This document shows, in pieces, positions 52,301 to 61,699 of a stretch of 64,000 bases of DNA (the stretch's first letter is position 1; every line of letters starts with the position of its first letter). The stretch is taken from positions 12,648,001 through 12,712,000 of the forward strand of contig OZ024740.1 in NCBI GenBank assembly GCA_964016885.1, given 5' to 3'. Made by a program: the position numbers and the translations under genes. Origin of the DNA: Eledone cirrhosa. Lineage: Eukaryota. Under the pieces are notes generated by a model that made no database searches, had not been told where the DNA came from, and saw only the letters and a program-made list of their open reading frames with translations.

Positions 52301-54132
52301 CTCTAGTCTAATGTCTCTAGTGTAATGTCTTGTCTCTAGTCTAATGTCTTGTCTCTAATCTAATGTCTTGTCTCTAGTCTAATGTCTCTAGTCTAATGTC
52401 TTGTCTCTAATCTAATGTCTTGTCTCTAGTCTAACGTCTCTAGTCTAATGTCTTGTCTCTAGTCTAATATCTTGTCTCTAGTCTAATGTCTTGTCTCTAG
52501 TCTAATGTCTCTAGTCTAATGTCTTGTTTCTAGTCTAATGTCTCTAGTCTAATGTCTTGTCTCTAGTCTAACGTCGTGTCTCTAGTCTAATGTCTCTAGT
52601 GTAATGTCTTGTCTCTAGTCTAATGTCTTGTCTCTAGTCTAACGTCTTGTCTCTAGTCTAATGTCTCTAGTCTAATATCTTGTCTCTAGTCTAATGTCTC
52701 TAGTCTAATATCTTGTCACTAGTCTAATGTCTCTAGTCTAATATATTGTCTCTAGTCTAACGTCTTGTATCTAGTCTAATGTCTCTAGTGTAATATCTTG
52801 TCTCTAGTCTAATGTCTCTAGGCTAATATCTTGTCACTAGTCTAATGTCTCTAGTCTAATGTCTTGTCTCTAGTCTAATGTCTTGTCTCTAGTCTAATGT
52901 CTTGTCTCTAGTCAAATGTCTCTAGTCTAATGTCTTGTCTCTAGTCTAACGTCTTGTCTCTAGTCTAATGTCTCTGGTCTAATGTCTCTAGTGTAATGTC
53001 TTGTCTCTAGTCTAATGTCTTGTCTCTAGTCTAATGTCTTGTCTCTAGTCTAATGTCTTGTCTCTAGTCTAATGTCTTGTCTCTAGGCTAATGTCTCTAG
53101 TCTAATGTCTTGTCTCTAGTCTAATATCTTGTCTCTAGTCTAATGTCTTGTCTCTAGTCTAATGTCTCTAGTCTAATGTCTCTAGTCTAATGTCTCTAGT
53201 CTAATGTCTCTAGTCCAATGTCTTGTCTCTAGTCTAATGTCTCTAGTCTAATGTCTTGTCTCTTGTCTAATATCTTGTCTCTAGTCTAATGTCTCTAGTC
53301 TAATGTCTTGTCTCTAGTCTAACGTCTTGTCTCTAGTCTAATGTCTCTAGTCTAATGTCTCTAGTCCAATGTCTTGTCTCTAGTCTAATGTCTCTAGTCT
53401 AATGTCTTGTCTCTAGTCTAATATCTTGTCTCTAGTCTAATGTCTCTAGTCTAATGTCTTGTATCTAGTCTAGTGTCTTGTCTCTAGTGTAATGCCTCTA
53501 GTCTAATGTCTTGTCTCTAGTCTAATGTCTCTAGTCTAATGTCTTGTCTCTAGTCTAACGTCTCTAGTCTAATGTCTTGTCTCTAGTCTAATGTCTTGTC
53601 TCTCGTCTAATATCTTGTCTCTAGTCTAATGTCTTGTCTCTAGTCTAATGTCTCTAGTCTAATGTCTTGTCTATATTCTAATGTCTTGTCTCTAGTCTAA
53701 TGTCTTGTCTCTAGTCTAATATCTTGTCTCTAGTCTAATGTCTTGTCTCTAGTCTAATGTCTCTAGTCTAATGTCTTGTCTCTAGTCTAATGTCTCTAGT
53801 CTAATGTCTGTTCTCTAGTCTAATATCTTGTCTCTAGTCTAATGAATTGTCTCTAGTCTAATGTCTCTAGTCTAATGTCTTGTCTCTAGTCTAATGTCTC
53901 TAGTCTAATGTCTCTAGTCTAATGTCTTGTCTCTGGTCTAATGTCTTGTCTCTAGTCTAATGTCTCTAGTCTAATGTTTCTAGTCTAATGTCTTGTTTCT
54001 AGTCTAATGTCTCTAGTCTAATGTCTTGTCTCTAGTCTAATATCTTGTCTCTAGCCTAATGTCTTGTCTCTTGTCTAATGTCTCTAGTGTAATGTCTTGT
54101 CTCTAGTCTAATGTCTCTAGTCTAATGTCTTG

Positions 54133-57100
54133 TCTCTAGTCTAATGTCTCTAGTCTAATGTCTTGTCTCTAGTCTAATATCTTGTCTCTAGTCTAATGTC
54201 TTGTCTCTAGTCTAATGTCTCTAGTCTAATGTCTTGTTTCTAGTCTAATGTCTCTAGTCTAATGTCTTGTCTCTAGTCTAATATCTTGTCACTAGTCTAA
54301 TGTCTTGTCTCTAGTCTAATGTCTCTAGTCTAATGTCTTGTCTCTAGTCTAATATCTTGTCTCTAGTCTAATGTCTTGTCTCTAGTCTAATGTCTCTAGT
54401 GTAATGTCTTGTTTCTAGTCTAATGTCTCTAGTCTAATATCTTGTCTCTAGTCTAATGTCTCTAGTCTAATGTCTTTGTTTCTAGTCTAATGTCTCTAGT
54501 CTAATGTCTTGTCTCTAGTCTAATGTCTCTACCCTAATGTCTTGTTTCTAGTCTAATATCTTGTCTCTAGTCTAATGTCTCTAGTCTAATGTCTTGTCTC
54601 TAGTCTAATGTCTCTAGTCTAATATCTTCTCTCTAGTCTAATGTCTCTAGACTAATGTCTTGTCTCTAGTCTAATGTCTCTAGTCTAATGTCTTGTCTCT
54701 AGTCTAATGTCTCTAGTCTAATGTCTTGTCTCTAGTCTAACATCTCGTCTCTAGTCTAATGTCTCTAGTCTAATGTCTTGTCTCTAGTCTAATATCTTGT
54801 CTCTAGTCTAATGACTCTAGTCTAATGTCTTGTCTCTAGTCTAATATCTTGTCTCTATTCTAATGTCTCTAGTCTAATGTCTTGTCTCTAGTCTAATGTC
54901 TCTAGTCTAATGTCTTGTCTCTAGTCTAACGTCTTGTCTTTAGTCTAATGTCTCTAGTCTAATGTCTCTAGTGTAACGTCTTGTCTCTAGTCTAATGTCT
55001 TGTCTCTAATCTAATGTCTTGTCTCTAGTCTAATGTCTTGTCTCTAGTCTAATGTCTTGTCTCTAGTCTAATATCTTGTCTCTAGTCTAATGTCTTGTCT
55101 CTAGTCTAATGTCTTGTCTCTAGTCTAATGTCTCTAGTCTAATATCTTGTCTCTAGTCTAATGTCTCTAGTCTAATGTCTTGTCTCTAGTCTAATGTCTC
55201 TAGTCTAATGTCTTGTCTCTAGTCTAATGTCTCTAGTCTAATGTCTTGTCTCTAGTCTAATATCTCGTCTCTAGTCTAATGTCTCTAGTCTAATGTCTTG
55301 TCTCTAGTCTAATATCTTGTCTCTAGTCTAATGTCTCTAGTCTAATGTCTTGTCTCTAGTCTAATATCTTGTCTCTAGTCTAATGTCTCTAGTCTAATGT
55401 CTTGTCTCTAGTCTAATGTCTTGTCTCTAGTCTAATGTCTCTAGTCTAATGTCTTGTCTCTAGTCTAACGTCTTGTCTCTAGTCTAATGTCTCTAGTCTA
55501 ATGTCTCTAGTGTAATGTCTTGTCTCTAGTCTAATGTCTTGTCTCCAATCTAATGTCTTGTCTCTAGTCTAATGTCTCTAGTCTAATGTTTTGTCTCTAA
55601 TCTAATGTCTTGTCTCTAGTCTAATGTCTCTAGTCTAATGTCTTGTCTCTAGTCTAATATCTTGTCTCTAGTCTAATGTCTTGTCTCTAGTCTAATGTCT
55701 CTAGTCTAATGTCTTGTTTCTAGTCTAATGTCTCTAGTCTAATGTCTTGTCTCTAGTCTAATATCTTGTCTCTAGTCTAATGTCTTGTCTCTAGTCTAAT
55801 GTCTCTAGTCTAATGTCTTGTCTCTAGTCTAACGTCTTGTCTCTAGTCTAATGTCTCTAGTGTAATGTCTTGTCTCTAGTCTAATGTCTTGTCTCTAGTC
55901 TAACGTCTTGTCTCTAGTCTAATGTCTCTAGTCTAATATCTTGTCTCTAGTCTAATGTCTCTAGTCTAATATCTTGTCACTAGTCTAATGTCTCTAGTCT
56001 AATATATTGTCTCTAGTCTAACGTCTTGTCTCTAGTCTAATGTCTCTAGTCTATTATCTTGTCTCTAGTCTAATGTCTCTAGTCTAATATCTTGTCACTA
56101 GTCTAATGTTTCTAGTCTAATGTCTTGTCTCTAGTCTAATGTCTTGTCTCTAGTCTAATGTCTTGTCTCTAGTCTAATGTCTCTAGTCTAATGTCTTGTC
56201 TCTAGTCTAATATCTTGTCTCTAGTCTAATGTCTTGTCTCTAGTCTAATGTCTCTAGTCTAATGTCTTGTTTCTAGTCTAATGTCACTAGTCTAATGTCT
56301 CTAGTCCAATGTCTTGTCTCTAGTCTAATGTCTCTAGTCTAATGTCTTGTCTCTAGTCTAATATCTTGTCTCTAGTCTAATGTATCTAGTCTAATGTCTT
56401 GTCTCTAGTCTAATATCTTTTCTCTAGTCTAATGTCTCTAGTCTAATGTCTTGTCTCTAGTCTAATATCTTGTCTCTAGTCTAATGTCTTGTCTCTAGTC
56501 TAATGTCTCTAGTCTAATGTCTTGTTTCTAGTCTAATGTCTCTAGTCTAATGTCTTGTCTCTAGTCTAATATCTTGTCACTAGTCTAATGTCTTGTCTCT
56601 AGTCTAATGTCTCTAGTCTAATGTCTTGTCTCTAGTCTAATATCTTGTCTCTAGTCTAATGTCTTGTCTCTAGTCTAATGTCTCTAGTGTAATGTCTTGT
56701 TTCTAGTCTAATGTCTCTAGTCTAATATCTTGTCTCTAGTCTAATGTCTCTAGTCTAATGTCTTTGTTTCTAGTCTAATGTCTCTAGTCTAATGTCTTGT
56801 CTCTAGTCTAATGTCTCTACCCTAATGTCTTGTTTCTAGTCTAATATCTTGTCTCTAGTCTAATGTCTCTAGTCTAATGTCTTGTCTCTAGTCTAATGTC
56901 TCTAGTCTAATATCTTCTCTCTAGTCTAATGTCTCTAGACTAATGTCTTGTCTCTAGTCTAATGTCTCTAGTCTAATGTCTTGTCTCTAGTCTAATGTCT
57001 CTAGTCTAATGTCTTGTCTCTAGTCTAACATCTCGTCTCTAGTCTAATGTCTCTAGTCTAATGTCTTGTCTCTAGTCTAATATCTTGTCTCTAGTCTAAT

Positions 57101-58777
57101 GACTCTAGTCTAATGTCTTGTCTCTAGTCTAATATCTTGTCTCTATTCTAATGTCTCTAGTCTAATGTCTTGTCTCTAGTCTAATGTCTCTAGTCTAATG
57201 TCTTGTCTCTAGTCTAATGTCTTGTCTTTAGTCTAATGTCTCTAGTCTAATGTCTCTAGTGTAACGTCTTGTCTCTAGTCTAATGTCTTGTCTCTAATCT
57301 AATGTCTTGTCTCTAGTCTAATGTCTTGTCTCTAGTCTAATGTCTTGTCTCTAGTCTAATATCTTGTCTCTAGTCTAATGTCTTGTCTCTAGTCTAATGT
57401 CTTGTCTCTAGTCTAATGTCTCTAGTCTAATATCTTGTCTCTAGTCTAATGTCTCTAGTCTAATGTCTTGTCTCTAGTCTAATGTCTCTAGTCTAATGTC
57501 TTGTCTCTAGTCTAATGTCTCTAGTCTAATGTCTTGTCTCTAGTCTAATATCTCGTCTCTAGTCTAATGTCTCTAGTCTAATGTCTTGTCTCTAGTCTAA
57601 TATCTTGTCTCTAGTCTAATGTCTCTAGTCTAATGTCTTGTCTCTAGTCTAATATCTTGTCTCTAGTCTAATGTCTCTAGTCTAATGTCTTGTCTCTAGT
57701 CTAATGTCTTGTCTCTAGTCTAATGTCTCTAGTCTAATGTCTTGTCTCTAGTCTAACGTCTTGTCTCTAGTCTAATGTCTCTAGTCTAATGTCTCTAGTG
57801 TAATGTCTTGTCTCTAGTCTAATGTCTTGTCTCCAATCTAATGTCTTGTCTCTAGTCTAATGTCTCTAGTCTAATGTTTTGTCTCTAATCTAATGTCTTG
57901 TCTCTAGTCTAATGTCTCTAGTCTAATGTCTTGTCTCTAGTCTAATATCTTGTCTCTAGTCTAATGTCTTGTCTCTAGTCTAATGTCTCTAGTCTAATGT
58001 CTTGTTTCTAGTCTAATGTCTCTAGTCTAATGTCTTGTCTCTAGTCTAATATCTTGTCTCTAGTCTAATGTCTTGTCTCTAGTCTAATGTCTCTAGTCTA
58101 ATGTCTTGTCTCTAGTCTAACGTCTTGTCTCTAGTCTAATGTCTCTAGTGTAATGTCTTGTCTCTAGTCTAATGTCTTGTCTCTAGTCTAACGTCTTGTC
58201 TCTAGTCTAATGTCTCTAGTCTAATATCTTGTCTCTAGTCTAATGTCTCTAGTCTAATATCTTGTCACTAGTCTAATGTCTCTAGTCTAATATATTGTCT
58301 CTAGTCTAACGTCTTGTCTCTAGTCTAATGTCTCTAGTCTATTATCTTGTCTCTAGTCTAATGTCTCTAGTCTAATATCTTGTCACTAGTCTAATGTTTC
58401 TAGTCTAATGTCTTGTCTCTAGTCTAATGTCTTGTCTCTAGTCTAATGTCTTGTCTCTAGTCTAATGTCTCTAGTCTAATGTCTTGTCTCTAGTCTAATA
58501 TCTTGTCTCTAGTCTAATGTCTTGTCTCTAGTCTAATGTCTCTAGTCTAATGTCTTGTTTCTAGTCTAATGTCACTAGTCTAATGTCTCTAGTCCAATGT
58601 CTTGTCTCTAGTCTAATGTCTCTAGTCTAATGTCTTGTCTCTAGTCTAATATCTTGTCTCTAGTCTAATGTATCTAGTCTAATGTCTTGTCTCTAGTCTA
58701 ATATCTTTTCTCTAGTCTAATGTCTCTAGTCTAATGTCTTGTCTCTAGTCTAATATCTTGTCTCTAGTCTAATGTCT
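54133..58777. repeat. Tandem duplication, period 2288 bp
   Basis: At +2288: ACCCT 54531/56819, ATTATC 56053/58341, ATATCTTTT 56413/58701. Confidence 0.92.
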
Positions 58778-61699
58778 CTAGTCTAATGTCTTGTGTCTAG
58801 TCTAATGTCTTGTCTCTAGTCTAATGCCTCTAGTCTAATGTCTTGTCTCTAGTCTAACGTCTTGTCTCTAGTCTAATGTCTCTAGTCTAATGTCTTGTCT
58901 CTAGTCTAATGTCTCTAGTCTAATGTCTTGTCTCTGGTCTAATGTCTTGTCTCTAGTCTAATATCTTGTCTCTAGTCTAATGTCTTGTCTCTAGTCTAAT
59001 GTCTCTAGTCTAATGTCTTGTCTCTAGTCTAATGTCTTGTCTCTAGTCTAATGTCTTGTCTCTAGTCTAATATCTTGTCTCTAGTCTAATGTCTTGTCTC
59101 TAGTCTAATGTCTCTAGTCTAATGTCTTGTCTCTAGTCTAATGTCTCTAGTCTAATGTCTGGTCTCTAGTCTAATATCTAGTCTCTAGTCTAATGAATTG
59201 TCTCTAGTCTAATGTCTATAGTCTAATGTCTTGTCTCTGGTCTAATGTCTTGTCTCTAGTCTAATGTCTCTAGTCTAATGTTTCTTGTCTAATGTCTTGT
59301 TTCTAGTCTAATGTCTCTAGTCTAATGTCTTGTCTCTAGTCTAATATCTTGTCTCTAGCCTAATGTCTTGTCTCTAGTCTAATGTCTCTAGTGTAATGTC
59401 TTGTCTCTAGTCTAATGTCTTGTCTCTAGTCTAATGTCTTGTCTCTAGTCTAATGTCTCTAGTCTAATGTCTTGTCTCTACTCTAATATCTTGTCTCTAG
59501 TCTAATGTCTTGTCTCTAGTCTAATGTCTCTACTCTAATGTCTTGTTTCCAGTCTAATATCTTGTCTCTAGTCTAATGTCTCTAGTCTAATGTCTTGTCT
59601 CTAGACTAATGTCTCTAGTCTAATGTCTTATCTCTAGTCTAATGTCTTGTCTCTAGTCTAATGTCTCTAGTCTAATATCTTGTCTCTAGTCTAATGTCTC
59701 TAGACTAATGTCTTGTCTCTAGTCTAATGTCTCTAGTCTAATGTCTTGTCTCTAGTCTAATGTCTCTAGTCTAATGTCTTGTCTCTAGTGTAACATTTCG
59801 TCTCTAGTCTAATGTCTGTAGTCTAATGTCTTGTCTCTAGTCTAATATCTCGTCTCTAGCGTCTCTAGTCTAATGTCTCTAGTCTAATGTCTTGTCTCTA
59901 GTCTAATATCTTGTCTCTAGTCTAATGTCTCTAGTCTAATGTCTTGTCTCTAGTCTAATATCTTGTCTCTAGTCTAATGTCTCTAGTCTAATGTCTTGTC
60001 TCTAGTCTAATGTCTTGTCTCTAGTCTAATGCCTCTGGTCTAATGTCTTGACTCTAGTCTAACGTCTTGTCTCTAGTCTAATGTCTCTAGTCTAATGTCT
60101 CTAGTGTAATGTCTTGTCTCTAGTCTAATGTCTTGTCTCTAATCTAATGTCTTGTCTCTAGTCTAATGTCTCTAGTCTAATGTCTTGTCTCTAGTCTAAT
60201 GTCTTGTCTCTAATCTAATGTCTTGTCTCTAGTCTAATGTCTCTAGTCTAATGTCTTGTCTCTAGTCTAATATCTTGTCTCTAGTCTAATGTCTTGTCTC
60301 TAGTCTAATGTCTCTAGTCTAATATCTTGTCTCTAGTCTAATGTCTTGTCTCTAGTCTCTAGTCTAATGTCTTGTCTCTAGTCTAACGTCTTGTCTCTAG
60401 TCTAGTGTCTCTAGTGTAATATCTTGTCTCTAGTCTAATGTCTTGTCTCTAGTCTAACGTCTTCTCTGTAGTCTAATGTCTCTAGTCTAATATCTTGTCT
60501 CTAGTCTAATGTCTCTAGTCTAATATCTTGTCACTAGTCCAATGTCTCTAGTCTAATATATTGTCTCTAGTCTAACGTCTTGTCTCTAGTCTAATGTCTC
60601 TAGTCTAATATCTTGTCTCTAGTCTAATGTCTCTAGTCTAATATCTTGTCACTAGTCTAATGTCTCTAGTCTAATGTCTTGTCTCTAGTCTAATGTCTTG
60701 TCTCTAGTCTAATGTCTTGTCTCTAGTCTAATGTCTCTAGTGTAATGTCTTGTCTCTAGTCTAATATCTTGTCTCTAGTCTAATGTCTTGTCTCTAGTCT
60801 AATGTCTCTAGTCTAATGTCTTGTTTCTAGTCTAATGTCTCTAGTCTAATGTCTTGTCTCTAGTCTAATATCTTGTATCTAGTCTAATGTCTCTAGTCTA
60901 ATGTCTTGTCTGTAGTCTAATGTCTCTAGTCTAATATCTTGTCTCTAGTCTAATGACTCTAGTCTAATGTCTCTAGTCTAATGTCTTGTCTCTAGTCTAA
61001 TATCTTGTCTCTAGTCTAATGTCTCTAGTCTAATGTCTTGTCTCTAGTCTAATGTCTCTAGTCTAATGTATTGTCTCTAGTCTAATATCTTGTCTCTAGT
61101 CTAATGTCTCTAGTCTAATGTCTTGTCTCTAGTCTAATATCTTGTCTCTAGTCTAATGTCTCTAGTCTAATGTCTTGTCTCTAGTCTAACGTCTTGTCTC
61201 TAGTCTAATGTCTCTGGTCTAATGTCTCTAGTGTAATGTCTTGTCTCTAGTCTAATGTCTTGTCTCTAATCTAATGTCTTGTCTCTAGTCTAATGTCTCT
61301 AGTCTAATGTCTTGTCTCTAGTCTAATATCTTATCTCTAGTCTAATGTCTTGTCTCTAGTCTAATGTCTCTAGTCTAATGTCTTGTTTCTAGTCTAATGT
61401 CTCTAGTCTAATGTCTTGTCTCTAGTCTAATATCTTGTCTCTAGTCTAATGTCTTGTCTCTAGTCTAATGTCTCTAGTCTAATGTCTTGTCTCTAGTCTA
61501 ACGTCTTGTCTCTAGTCTAATGTCTCTAGTGTAATGTCTTGTCTCTAGTCTAATGTCTTGTCTCTAGTCTAACGTCTTGTCTCTAGTCTAATGTCTCTAG
61601 TCTAATATCTTGTCTCTAGTCTAATGTCTCTAGTCTAATATCTTGTCACTAGTCTAATGTCTTGTCTCTAGTCTAATGTCTTGTTTCTAGTCGAATGTC

